A stretch of 64,000 bases of DNA. It comes from Limisphaerales bacterium. Lineage in GTDB: Bacteria > Verrucomicrobiota > Verrucomicrobiia > Limisphaerales > Palsa-1400. The stretch covers positions 72,297 to 136,296 of the forward strand of contig JBKQWF010000307.1 of the NCBI GenBank assembly GCA_052139695.1, given 5' to 3'. Position 1 is the stretch's first letter. The number at the start of each line of letters is the position of its first letter. Under the pieces are notes generated by a model. The model saw only the letters and a program-made list of their open reading frames with translations. It did not search any database and was not told the origin of the DNA. This document shows, one piece after another, positions 54,223 through 63,001 of this stretch. A program made the translations under genes and the position numbers.

Positions 54223-56419
54223 TTGTCCGCAAGCAATTAAAACCAAAGTCCGCTCCGCGCGCCCCGCCGCGCGCCCGCGGCGAAGCGGCGCCGTAGCTTT
54301 TCTTGGGCTCTTGGCTGTTACTCTGCTCTTAACGCAAGGCCGCGTCTTTGCCGCGGAAACTCTGGCCAATGCGGATTGCCTGGACTGCCATTCCGACCCC
54401 ACCACTGCGCGCATGGTCGCCGGGAAGCAGGTTCCGATGGCGGTTTTTCCCACCAACATCTTTCTCAAATCGGTCCATGCCAAACTGAATTGCATCGATT
54501 GCCACGTAACTGTCAAAGAGATGGTTCACCCGAGCGGACTGCCGCCGGCCCAATGCGCCGGTTGTCACGACGCGCCCTCCAGCCATCAGAACGCGGTCAA
54601 GGATTACGCCGGCAGCATTCACGGCATGAGCAAAGCCATGGGCGCCTCGGCGGCCGCCTCCTGCGTCGATTGCCACGGCTCGCATGACATTCTGGCCGTG
54701 AAGGACCCCGCTTCGCCGGTTTTCAAGCTGAACCTGCCGCGGACTTGCGCCAAATGCCATAACAACCCCGGCCTGACAACGGAGTATCGGATGAAGTATC
54801 CCGACGTGGCCTCGCAATACAGCGATAGCATTCACGGACGCGCGCTCCTGCAAATGGGCCTGATTCTGGCGCCTTCCTGCAATGATTGTCATGGCGTGCA
54901 TGACATTAAACGGAGCGTCGATCGCAGTTCCACGGTTAACCATGCCAATGTCGCGGCCACTTGCGGCAAGTGCCACCTGGGGATTGAGAAAACCTACAAC
55001 GCCAGCATTCACGGACAGATTCTGGCCAAAGGAGATTCTAGCGGCCCGGTTTGCACCGATTGTCACTCGGCCCATGAAATCGACTCTCCTTCCGGCAGCA
55101 ATTTCAAAGCGCGCAGCGACGAGCGTTGCGGGCGCTGCCACCAGGACCGATTGGCCCATTATCGCGAAACTTATCACGGCAAAGCGATGGCTTTGGGGCG
55201 GCCCAACCACGCCCCGGATGTCGCCGCTTGCTATGATTGTCACGGCTACCACGATGTCCTGCCCCGCTCCAATCCGGCGTCGCATCTGTCCCAAGCCAAC
55301 ATCGTCGGGACCTGTCGCAAATGCCATGCGGATGCCAGTCCCAGTTTCGCCCGATACATTCCGCACGCCAACCCGATGGACGGACGGAACTATCCGCAGT
55401 TGCATTGGACGTTTGTTGGGATGACAACGCTGTTGATCTGCGTTTTTCTCCTCTTCGGCGCGCACACCGGCCTGTGGCTTTTCCGCTCCGGCTACCTTTA
55501 TCTGCACGATTCCAAAGCGTTCCGCGAAGCCAAAGTGGAAACGCAACAAGGCGGCGAATGGTTTACGCGCTTTCCGCCCTTTGAACGCTTCCTCCATTTC
55601 CTGGTGGTGACCAGCTTCCTGCTCCTTGTCATTACCGGCATGCCTCTAAAGTTCTATTATACAAGCTGGGCCAAGGTGCTGTTTAACTTCCTGGGGGGCA
55701 CAGAAGTGGCGCGGAGTCTGCATCATTTCGGCGCGGTCGTGACCTTCCTTTATTTTGGCCTGCACCTGTCCAAGCTGCTGAGCAAGTCCTGGAAAGGCCG
55801 CGCCGCCCTTTCGGGGCCGGGCGGCTTTCTTGGCACGTGCGGACGTCTCAAAACAGTGCTTTTCGGGCCGGATTCCATGATCCCGACTTTCCAGGATTGG
55901 AAAGATTTTATCGCGCACCAGAAATGGTTTTTCGGCAAAGGCCCCAAACCGCAATTTGACCGCTGGACTTATTGGGAAAAGTTTGACTACTTCGCCGTCT
56001 TCTGGGGCGTGTTCATCATTGGCGCTTCCGGCCTGGTCATGTGGTTTCCGCAGTTCTTCTCCCATTTCATGCCGGGCTGGGTGATCAATATCGCCCTGAT
56101 TGTGCATTCGGACGAAGCGCTCCTCGCGGCGGGCTTTATTTTCACCATTCATTTCTTTAACACTCATTTCCGCCTGGAAAAATTCCCGATGGACACGGTG
56201 ATTTTCTCCGGCCGCATCTCCAAAACGGAAATGTTGCACGAGCGCAAACGCTGGTATGAGCGTCTCCTGGCCGCTGGCCGATTGGAAGACCACCGGGTGA
56301 AAGACGAATGGGAACGCTGGAAAGGCATCGCCCGCTCCTTCGGCTACCTCTTTTTCGGCGTCGGCGTCATTTTGCTCCTCCTCATCGTTTATGCCATGGC
56401 CACCCGCTTGAGCCACTGA
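54209..56419 (+). CDS. Fusion of an 11-heme cytochrome c domain and a membrane cytochrome b (FdnI/HydC-like) domain, CbcL-like
   Basis: Likely start at ATG 54209 (MADSDCPQ...), overlapping the upstream gene by 14 nt. Signal or TM segment, 11 CXXCH motifs, then about 5 TM helices with conserved His residues (ERFLHFLV, SLHHFGAV, IVHSDEA, FTIHFFNTHF). Confidence 0.8.
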   Translation: MADSDCPQAIKTKVRSARPAARPRRSGAVAFLGLLAVTLLLTQGRVFAAETLANADCLDCHSDPTTARMVAGKQVPMAVFPTNIFLKSVHAKLNCIDCHVTVKEMVHPSGLPPAQCAGCHDAPSSHQNAVKDYAGSIHGMSKAMGASAAASCVDCHGSHDILAVKDPASPVFKLNLPRTCAKCHNNPGLTTEYRMKYPDVASQYSDSIHGRALLQMGLILAPSCNDCHGVHDIKRSVDRSSTVNHANVAATCGKCHLGIEKTYNASIHGQILAKGDSSGPVCTDCHSAHEIDSPSGSNFKARSDERCGRCHQDRLAHYRETYHGKAMALGRPNHAPDVAACYDCHGYHDVLPRSNPASHLSQANIVGTCRKCHADASPSFARYIPHANPMDGRNYPQLHWTFVGMTTLLICVFLLFGAHTGLWLFRSGYLYLHDSKAFREAKVETQQGGEWFTRFPPFERFLHFLVVTSFLLLVITGMPLKFYYTSWAKVLFNFLGGTEVARSLHHFGAVVTFLYFGLHLSKLLSKSWKGRAALSGPGGFLGTCGRLKTVLFGPDSMIPTFQDWKDFIAHQKWFFGKGPKPQFDRWTYWEKFDYFAVFWGVFIIGASGLVMWFPQFFSHFMPGWVINIALIVHSDEALLAAGFIFTIHFFNTHFRLEKFPMDTVIFSGRISKTEMLHERKRWYERLLAAGRLEDHRVKDEWERWKGIARSFGYLFFGVGVILLLLIVYAMATRLSH

Positions 56420-56538
56420 GGAGCACGGTCTCGCAAATTGAGGTTAATTGCCTGACGACCCGCCCGGCCAACTGCTGCCGGGGCTGGTTCAAAGAGATAA
56501 ATCCATTCCCGCCTTTGAGGGACCGCGCCGCGAAATAC

Positions 56539-57798
56539 ATGCTGCTTCGGCATGGGTCAAAAACTCCTGAAATTGTTCGCGCCGTAAGGGCGAACAGGAT
56601 GCGGAAAATTGCATCAAAGATTTACACCGACGATCTGACTTCCCCGCCCGAAGAAATTGTAAGACGACATCGCCTGGAAATCGCCGCTCATTTTTATCCC
56701 GGCGCATTGATAAGCCACCGCTCGGCACTGGAGGGAGGTAATATTTCGCCGGGTGGCAAACTTCATCTCACGGTGCCGCAAGCCGTGGCAACGGTGCGCA
56801 AACTTCCCGGATTAGAAATTCGTCTTTGGCGAGGACCCGCACCACAGGCGAACGACATTCGGAACCCCTTGGGCGATGGCAAAGAACTGTTCACTTCGAG
56901 CCAGGCTAGAGCCATCCTTGAGAACATGCAGATCGCGCGGGCACACGGTGGCGACGAGGCCAAAACGCTTTCTGCAGGGGAATTGGAGCGCTGGATAGAC
57001 CGATACCTTCGAATCTTTGGGGTCGCATGGCTTGATAAACTCCGAGAGCAGGCGAATGATTTGGCTTCGCGATTTGGCTGGCTACGCGAGCAGCAGGAAC
57101 TCAATCAGCTGGTGGCTGCAATCAAAGGGGAAACATCGAATTACAGGCTCACCACTGACCTCGTCCGTTCCCGTGCCCAAGGGAAGCCTTATGATCCTGA
57201 GCGGGTCACTCTTTTCGGAACGCTCCAGGCGCGTCTGGCAGCGGAGCACTTTGTTGAATTGCCGAGGCCTCCGGCGAACGAATTGGAAAATCGCGCCTTC
57301 TGGGAAGCATATTTTTCCAATTTCATTGAAGGCACAAAGTTCACCGTCGAAGAAGCCAGGGTCATAGTTTACGATCGTGAGGCGGCGAAAGCCTTGGAAA
57401 GAAAGCGTCCCGATGACGCGCACGACATCCTCGAAACCTACCGGCTGATCATTGACCCAAAAATCAGCGGCGAAGTGCCAAAGGACGCGGCACAACTTCT
57501 GGAGCTACTCAAGCGAAGACACGCTCGAATGATGGCCAGCCGCCTGAACATCGAGCCCGGTGTTTTCAAGACAACGAACAACCAACTCGGTTCCCGGGTA
57601 TTCGTCGCTCCCGAGCTGGTAGCCGAAACGTTGACCCGTGGTTGGCCGGCCAGTCGGGAACTGCCATCTGCCTCTGCCCGTGCCCTCTATGTCCTTTTTC
57701 TGATCGCGGAAGTGCATCCTTTCAATGATGGCAACGGTCGTATTTCCCGTTTGGGGATGAACGCGGAATTTTGTCGAGCAGAATCCGCCGCGCAATGA
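56539..57798 (+). CDS. Class II Fic-domain protein, apparently 3'-truncated
   Basis: Fic motif HPFNDGNGRISR lies only about 17 codons before the stop. An alpha-inh type inhibitory motif SNFIEG lies about 133 aa upstream of it. The long N-terminal region has no function I can assign. I chose the start at MLLRHGSK. Confidence 0.7.
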   Translation: MLLRHGSKTPEIVRAVRANRMRKIASKIYTDDLTSPPEEIVRRHRLEIAAHFYPGALISHRSALEGGNISPGGKLHLTVPQAVATVRKLPGLEIRLWRGPAPQANDIRNPLGDGKELFTSSQARAILENMQIARAHGGDEAKTLSAGELERWIDRYLRIFGVAWLDKLREQANDLASRFGWLREQQELNQLVAAIKGETSNYRLTTDLVRSRAQGKPYDPERVTLFGTLQARLAAEHFVELPRPPANELENRAFWEAYFSNFIEGTKFTVEEARVIVYDREAAKALERKRPDDAHDILETYRLIIDPKISGEVPKDAAQLLELLKRRHARMMASRLNIEPGVFKTTNNQLGSRVFVAPELVAETLTRGWPASRELPSASARALYVLFLIAEVHPFNDGNGRISRLGMNAEFCRAESAAQ

Positions 57799-58030
57799 AG
57801 CGATTGAGTCCCTGTTGACGAGTCGTCTGGCACTTCACTTGCAGCTGAAGAAGAAGGCCGGTCGGTCGATGGAGCAGCATCACGGACGTCGCCGACTTAT
57901 TGACATTTTGGCCCCCATGCCCTTCCGATCTCACAAAAGATGCTTCAATATCTGACTCCCGCACCCCCAAGGCGGCCATCCGCTGGGCAAGCTGCTGTGA
58001 CCTTTCTGGGTTCACGGGAAACGCGGTCAC
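57722..58030 (-). CDS. GGQ-domain peptide chain release factor-like / ArfB-type peptidyl-tRNA hydrolase, apparently 3'-truncated
   Basis: FVRSEGHGGQNVNKSATSVMLLHRPTG...VKCQTTRQQGLNRFIARRILLDKI. The last roughly 15 codons are merely antisense to the Fic motif, and the usual basic C-terminal tail is absent. Confidence 0.65.
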   Translation of the reverse strand: MTAFPVNPERSQQLAQRMAALGVRESDIEASFVRSEGHGGQNVNKSATSVMLLHRPTGLLLQLQVKCQTTRQQGLNRFIARRILLDKIPRSSPNGKYDRCHH

Positions 58031-58175
58031 CGCCGCCGTCTAGTCGAGCGGGTCGAGATTCTCAAGGCGGGGCCTCCACTGACCCGGGTCACTGGCAAGT
58101 TCCGTGCGCGTCCGCGTTCGAAAATGATCGCGGCAACTGAAGCTTCTTTTTGGAGATAACAGGTGATATGCCAGT

Positions 58176-58607
58176 ATGCACGATTTGAATGATCAGCACC
58201 ACGATCAATTCCTCCGCCTCTTCGCGGCTTCGCGGCGCATGAACCGGCGTTGCGGACGTTTGTGCGGTCGCAGCTGCCCTCGCTGGGAGAGGTGTTGGAA
58301 GTCATGCAAGAGGTAGCTGTGGTGCTATGGCAGAAATTCGCGGAGTTTGACGCCACGCGGGATTTTCGGAAATGGGCTTTTGGGGTGGCACGTTATCAGG
58401 CGCTCGCGTATCTGCGGGACCGGGCGCGAGACCGGCATGTATTTGATGACGAACTGGTGGGGCGTCTCGCCGATGAGGCCGTGGCGGCCGATCCGCGCCA
58501 CACAACGAGGGCAAACGCCAATGTCCCTTTACAAGTTTCTGCATCGCATCCGGCAGTCGCTGCTGGAGTGTGTGCGGCGCGCCATCGCGATGGAGGGTTT
58601 CTCTTGA
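58176..58607 (+). pseudogene. ECF sigma factor gene disrupted by an 8-bp tandem duplication and a second frame change or deletion
   Basis: Frame 0 reads MHDLNDQHHDQFLRLFAA. The CTTCGCGG duplication (58220-58235) then shifts reading to frame 2 (HEPALRTFVRSQLPSLGEVLEVMQEVAVVLWQKFAEFD...). The region-4 end (SLYKFLHRIRQSLLECVRRAIAMEGFS, then stop) is back in frame 0. The total length is about 40 codons short of a normal ECF sigma. Confidence 0.75.
58220..58235 (+). repeat. Perfect 8-bp tandem duplication CTTCGCGG-CTTCGCGG
   Basis: Read directly. Removing one copy restores FLRLFAAHEPALRTFVRS, a typical ECF region-2 lead-in. Confidence 0.9.
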
Positions 58608-59059
58608 ACAGCCACGGTCACGAACAGATTCAGCGCTACATCAATGGACTGGCCAGTCCGGCGGAAGCCGCCGCCTTGCAGGCGGCGTTGAGCCGGGACG
58701 CGGAGTTGCGTGCCTTGTATCTCGACTACATGAATCTTGATGTGGCTCTAAGCGCGACAGCAGAAACGATGACATTCACTGAGAACGGTCGCAATGGCAT
58801 CGCGACGTCCCCACGGGCGCACCTTCGGTCGTCGCCTCGCTACTGGCGCTGGCTCGCTGCGGCGGCGACATGCGCGGCGCTGATTATCCTTGTGTTGCTT
58901 CCCAGGCATCGCATCTCTTCGCGGGCGCGCCTGGATATTGCCGCCATTTCTTCCACGCAAAGCGCCATTGAGCGGCTTTCTCTTAAACCGCCATCATTGT
59001 TTCCAGACTGGGCGTCGCCCACCGCCTCAATGCTCACACAATCGCCAATTCTAAAATGA
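58604..59059 (+). CDS. Single-pass anti-sigma factor (candidate)
   Basis: A TTG start overlaps the sigma stop. The N-terminus EQIQRYINGLASPAEAAALQAALSRDAELRALYLDYMNLDVAL is the common anti-sigma N-terminal helix pattern. One TM segment (WRWLAAAATCAALIILVLL). Confidence 0.6.
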   Translation: MNSHGHEQIQRYINGLASPAEAAALQAALSRDAELRALYLDYMNLDVALSATAETMTFTENGRNGIATSPRAHLRSSPRYWRWLAAAATCAALIILVLLPRHRISSRARLDIAAISSTQSAIERLSLKPPSLFPDWASPTASMLTQSPILK

Positions 59060-59100
59060 GACCTATGATCACGAAACTTAAATCAACGCTAACTCACACC

Positions 59101-59736
59101 ATGAAGCTTATAACCCTCTTCACCCTCCTGGCTTCGTTATGTCCACTTTTCGCAGCGGACACTCCCAAGACGGGCGCCGATCCGTTTGACGGCGCTTTTT
59201 TTCCGCCAGAACTGATTATGATGGCGCGGGATCGCATCGCTCTGACTTCGCAACAAGAGGAGGTTTTCCGCGCTCGCGTGGAAAAGACACAGGCGCGTTC
59301 CGAGGAACTTCGGGCGAAGTTGGAGCGCGAAACGGCGGCGCTTTCGGCCATCGCGAAACAGGACCACGTGGATGAAGCAGCGCTCGACGCGCAGCTTGAC
59401 AAAGTTCTCGATGTCGAACGTGAGGTGAAGCATCTGCACATCGGCTTGCTGGTGGCGGCCAAGAATCTCCTGACGCCCGAACAACAGGCCAAGCTGAGGG
59501 AGATCGCGAAGGATGGCGGCGCGCAATTCATGCAAGACACTCGCAAACGTCTTTCTGAAAAAGTGGAGCGAGTCAAATCGGGCGCGGAAAAATGGGGAGC
59601 CAGTGGGCGCGACCCGTCGGCCATAGCCAAGGCGATGGAGGAGAAAGTAAAGCCCCTGCTCGATGCAGGCAAGATTATCGATGCCGAAGCCGAACTGGAT
59701 CGAATTCTCGAACAACTCAAGCAGGGCGGGCAATGA
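59101..59736 (+). CDS. Periplasmic Spy/CpxP-like (LTxxQ motif) protein
   Basis: Signal peptide (MKLITLFTLLASLCPLFA). LTSQQEEVF and LTPEQQAKL motifs in helical repeats. An alternative upstream ATG lies at 59056. Confidence 0.65.
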   Translation: MKLITLFTLLASLCPLFAADTPKTGADPFDGAFFPPELIMMARDRIALTSQQEEVFRARVEKTQARSEELRAKLERETAALSAIAKQDHVDEAALDAQLDKVLDVEREVKHLHIGLLVAAKNLLTPEQQAKLREIAKDGGAQFMQDTRKRLSEKVERVKSGAEKWGASGRDPSAIAKAMEEKVKPLLDAGKIIDAEAELDRILEQLKQGGQ

Positions 59737-59788
59737 GAGTTAATTATCTCATTATCATCTGAAGCCCGTCTAATTTCGTGCGGCGGGA

Positions 59789-60481
59789 TTGGGCAACGCT
59801 ATGATGGGCGTTGTGCCTGAATTGTTTTATCGGTTTCCGCGGAATATCATGGCGATCTTTAGCGGTCGCAACCTTTTGTGGCACGCATCGGCCATTGTCC
59901 TGACGATTGTGATCGTTGCTTCCGGTGGCGATTGGGCCTACTATCGGTTGACGCGAGCCGAGGCGTTTTTTGTGCTCGCACGCCCGGCGCTCCGCCTGGG
60001 AATGTTAATGCCTGTCCTGGGCAGTTTGACCATTTTAGTTGTCGGCGAAGCCACAAGGAACCGGCGTCTCATTACGGTCGCTTGGGCTTTGGGACAGGCA
60101 GCTCTTCTCGCCTATCTGATAACTTCTTGCTACAAGGCCGTAACCGGACGTCGCCCGCCGCTATTCTCTGGACATGCGCCAAACGTCGTGCCGCTGGCAG
60201 ATTCCAGCCATGGTTTTCAATTCGGCTTTTTAAAAGGCGGTATCTTTTGGGGCTGGCCGTCAGGGCACACCACTGTGGCCTTTTCCATGGCGCTCTGCCT
60301 GATCATGCTCTATCCCAAGAACAAATTAATTATCTTCTCCGCATTGTTTTACGCGTTTTACATTGGGTTCGCCATTTCAGTCACCATCCATTGGCTTTCC
60401 GAATTCGCGGCCGGAGCCATTATCGGCAGCGTGATCGGGCTGACGGTTGGCCGAAGTTTCAGAACCAGGTCCGGACCGTGA
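59789..60481 (+). CDS. PAP2-superfamily membrane phosphatase
   Basis: KAVTGRRPP, PSGHT and SVTIHWLSE motifs fit the PAP2 pattern KxxxxxxRP / PSGH / SRxxxxxHxxxD, except that the last Asp is replaced by Glu. About 6 TM segments. Confidence 0.7.
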   Translation: MGNAMMGVVPELFYRFPRNIMAIFSGRNLLWHASAIVLTIVIVASGGDWAYYRLTRAEAFFVLARPALRLGMLMPVLGSLTILVVGEATRNRRLITVAWALGQAALLAYLITSCYKAVTGRRPPLFSGHAPNVVPLADSSHGFQFGFLKGGIFWGWPSGHTTVAFSMALCLIMLYPKNKLIIFSALFYAFYIGFAISVTIHWLSEFAAGAIIGSVIGLTVGRSFRTRSGP

Positions 60482-60484
60482 TGG

Positions 60485-60904
60485 TCACGAGTCGCCCATC
60501 ACCGTGACCGCAATCGCACGCCGGCGCGGTTTGATGTCGCACTCAAGATGAAAGATTTGCTGCCATGTCCCCAGCAGGAGTTTGCCATCCCTGATGGGGA
60601 CGGTGAGTGAAGGACCCAGCACCGTCGCCTGCAAATGTGAATGCCCATTGCCATCGTGCCAGGCGTGTTCGTGACCGTAGTCACGGCTCGGCGGGAACAG
60701 TTTATCCAAAATATGGGGCAGGTCTTCCTGGAGACCCGGCTCGAATTCAATGGTGCCAATCGCGGCGGTGCTGCCGATGTTGAAAATATGCACCACGCCG
60801 GAGCGCACTCCGGATACGTTCACGATTCGGGCCACATCGTTGGTGAGATCGTGCATCTCTTTATGTCCGGCGGTTTGAACCAGGATTTCTCGTTGATAGG
60901 TCAT
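60485..60904 (-). CDS. YjbQ/UPF0047 family protein (secondary thiamine-phosphate synthase-like)
   Basis: I place the start at the internal ATG at 60904 (MTYQREILVQT). Motifs HIFNIGSTAAIGTIEFEPGL ... HEHAWHDGNGHSHLQATVLGPSLTVPI ... GTWQQIFHLECD. Confidence 0.85.
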   Translation of the reverse strand: MTYQREILVQTAGHKEMHDLTNDVARIVNVSGVRSGVVHIFNIGSTAAIGTIEFEPGLQEDLPHILDKLFPPSRDYGHEHAWHDGNGHSHLQATVLGPSLTVPIRDGKLLLGTWQQIFHLECDIKPRRRAIAVTVMGDS

Positions 60905-61156
60905 GTCGTTGTTTATATCGAAGCCGCCATCCATGCGAGGCTTTCCCTCCGGCATAAGTGTTGAGAGAAACAAGCCGGTGGCCGTCGTCAAGAAACTTCC
61001 AAAAATTGAACACTTTTCCATGCCGTCGGTCAATGTAACCGGTAGATCACGATTCGATGAAAACTGAGATTGAGCGTTTATGAAAAAACGTGACTTGGCA
61101 ATCAAGATCAATAAAGCCTCAGCGCGTCATCCGAATTCCCTTGCGGGCCTTCCCCA

Positions 61157-61426
61157 TTGATCCAAGTCCATTCACAGAATTATCACTATTCCATGCCAAG
61201 CGATATTCCATTGCCCAGTAAGGTGTTCGTTCGCCACGTCTCGCTCGACAAGTTTTGGGGACCTGCCGGCCGGTGGGTTAAGAGGGCAGAGGCAGCGTTC
61301 AACTTTCCCAATTTATTGAACGCCATCAACACCTGCCTTGGTCGCAGCTTAAAGGATGTCGAGTTGATTTTGCGCTATGACGGCAGGGTGCCCGACCGCC
61401 GCATTCCGCTGGATGCGATTCAGTGA
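61157..61426 (+). CDS. Small hypothetical protein
   Basis: ORF only. No motif recognised. Confidence 0.3.
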   Translation: MIQVHSQNYHYSMPSDIPLPSKVFVRHVSLDKFWGPAGRWVKRAEAAFNFPNLLNAINTCLGRSLKDVELILRYDGRVPDRRIPLDAIQ

Positions 61427-61443
61427 TTCGCGGAGTGATTTTT

Positions 61444-61851
61444 ATGCCAGAGAAATATGCTACATTCGCGCACGAATGGTTTCAAGAAGTGTGGAATCAA
61501 GGCAAGGCGGAAGCGATAGACCGTCTGATGGCCGACGACGCCATCGCGCACGGACTCACGGACAAGAATGGAAAGGAGCTGCGAGGTCCCGCGTCATTCA
61601 AGGAGTTTCATCGGAGTTTTCGCGACGCCTTTCCCGATCTGAAGATTGAGGTGGCGGACACCGTGGCAGCAGGTGACAAACTGGTGGCGCGCTACGTCGT
61701 GCGCGGAACGCACAAGGGTGAAGGATTGGGTTTTAAAGCAACAGGTAAGCCAGCCGAGTTTACCGGAATTTCCATCATTCGTGTCGAGAATGCAAAGATC
61801 GTGGAAGCTTGGAATAGACCCACAGATGAGGTTCGTCGCTTGGGATCATGA
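61444..61851 (+). CDS. SnoaL-like ester cyclase family protein
   Basis: EWFQEVWNQGKAEAIDRLMADDAIAHGL ... FHRSFRDAFPDLKIEVADTVAAGDKLVARYVVRGTHKGE..G..ATGK is the classic SnoaL/ester cyclase pattern. I place the start at MPEKY. Confidence 0.75.
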   Translation: MPEKYATFAHEWFQEVWNQGKAEAIDRLMADDAIAHGLTDKNGKELRGPASFKEFHRSFRDAFPDLKIEVADTVAAGDKLVARYVVRGTHKGEGLGFKATGKPAEFTGISIIRVENAKIVEAWNRPTDEVRRLGS

Positions 61852-62018
61852 AGCCCTTTAAATAGAGCTGCGGCAAAACGTGGTGTCGTCTTTTCGGATT
61901 TGCTCCGCCCGTTTTCATATTCTCTAAGGCGCTAGGACTCGTGCTGGCTGATGGCATTATGATTCAGCTGAGAGTTTGTGTTTTGCTCATATGAAGAGCA
62001 AGGTTCAAGATTGTGACA

Positions 62019-62054
62019 GTGCCCACCGGATGAGTAATCCGACCCGGTGGACAC
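62019..62054 (-). terminator. Hairpin 4 nt downstream of the HNH stop
   Basis: GTGCCCACCGG ... CCGGTGGACAC forms an 11-bp stem with one mismatch and a 14-nt loop. No U tract. Confidence 0.4.
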
Positions 62055-62058
62055 TTAT

Positions 62059-62658
62059 TCACTCGTTGAGGAACAGTTTCCATTCAGCCACAGCGGGTGC
62101 ATTGCGAATGGTAGCCGAGGCCGGCAGCTCCTTCGGTGGGCGTGGAGCGCTGAGCAGTTTCAGGCCGGCTTCGTGCGGCAGGCGGTTGCCCTTGCGGGCG
62201 TTTACGTCCTTGCCGGCCCAAACCAGGTTCTCCCAAGCGTTCTTGCCGCCGCGCGAGCGGGGCAGGACGTGATCTATGCTGCCTTCGTCGGGGCGCAGCA
62301 CACGGCCAGTGTATTGGCAGCGGTTGCCGTCGCGCTCGCGGATGGCGCGGGCGCACAGTTTCGGGCGCTTCTTGGGCACCTTGGCGTAATTGACCGCCAC
62401 AATCACAGTTGGCACGCGGACCGGGCCGCGGACGGTTTGCACTGCATTGTCCTGCGGACGAATAGGCAGCGTGATCCACTCGTCCCAGGCCACGGGACGG
62501 ATGTGGTTTTCGCCTTCGATCTCCAGACCTGTCGCCACGCCCGTCGCCATCATGCAGAAGGCCTCCTGCGGCGTGCGGACGTTGACGGCCTGCCAGTTGC
62601 GGTTAAGCACCAGCACCATCGACTTGTTCAGTATGTCATTCATAAAATGTTTGCGCAT
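62059..62658 (-). CDS. HNH endonuclease family protein
   Basis: The C-terminal HNH core is CQYTGRVLRPDEGSIDHVLPRSRGGKNAWENLVWAGKDVNARKGN. The N-terminal VLVLNRNWQAVNV...VPTVIVAVNY domain is common in short stand-alone HNH proteins. The start is uncertain: ATG at 62658, 62643 or 62712. Confidence 0.8.
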   Translation of the reverse strand: MRKHFMNDILNKSMVLVLNRNWQAVNVRTPQEAFCMMATGVATGLEIEGENHIRPVAWDEWITLPIRPQDNAVQTVRGPVRVPTVIVAVNYAKVPKKRPKLCARAIRERDGNRCQYTGRVLRPDEGSIDHVLPRSRGGKNAWENLVWAGKDVNARKGNRLPHEAGLKLLSAPRPPKELPASATIRNAPAVAEWKLFLNE

Positions 62659-62719
62659 GGCCACCCTGGTTCCTGCGGTGGGGTGTTTGTTCTTTGTTGA
62701 TTCGGATTGCAAACGAAAT

Positions 62720-62794
62720 TGGCTGCCTCGCCCGGTTTTGCTCCAGGTCCTCCGGTGTCAGAGACCGGCGCACTCCTGATTATGCAACGAGGCA
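62720..62794 (-). tRNA. tRNA-like gene, Gln-type, anticodon CUG, non-canonical T loop
   Basis: Hand-folded, 75 nt. Acceptor UGCCUCG/CGAGGCA, G73, encoded CCA. D stem GCAU/GUGC. Anticodon arm CCGGU-CUCUGAC-ACCGG. T arm CCUGG-AGCAAAA-CCGGG. Confidence 0.6.
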
Positions 62795-62795
62795 A

Positions 62796-62869
62796 TGGTC
62801 GCCCGGGAAGGTTCTGCCCCTCCGACTTCTGGGTGTAGGCCAGACGTGATTCTATTTCACCACCGAGCG
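62796..62869 (-). tRNA. tRNA-like gene, Val-type, anticodon UAC, with C33 and a non-canonical T loop
   Basis: Hand-folded, 74 nt. Acceptor CGCUCGG/CCGGGCG, A73, CCA. D stem GUGA/UCAC. Anticodon arm UCUGG-CCUACAC-CCAGA. T arm GGAGG-GGCAGAA-CCUUC. Confidence 0.5.
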
Positions 62870-62874
62870 GAAAT

Positions 62875-62949
62875 TGGCTGCCGGGGCTGGATTCGCACCA
62901 ACATAAGCCCCTCCAAAGGGGGCTGTCCTACGAGTTAGACGACCCGGCA
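62875..62949 (-). tRNA. tRNA-like gene, Gln-type, anticodon UUG, T loop UGCGAAU
   Basis: Hand-folded, 75 nt. Acceptor UGCCGGG/CCCGGCA, G73, CCA. D stem GUCU/GGAC. Anticodon arm GCCCC-CUUUGGA-GGGGC. T arm GUUGG-UGCGAAU-CCAGC. Confidence 0.65.
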
Positions 62950-63001
62950 AAACGGTATCGAGGTGCTAGACGTTACCTGGACCGTCCCGCACATTATTGT
63001 C

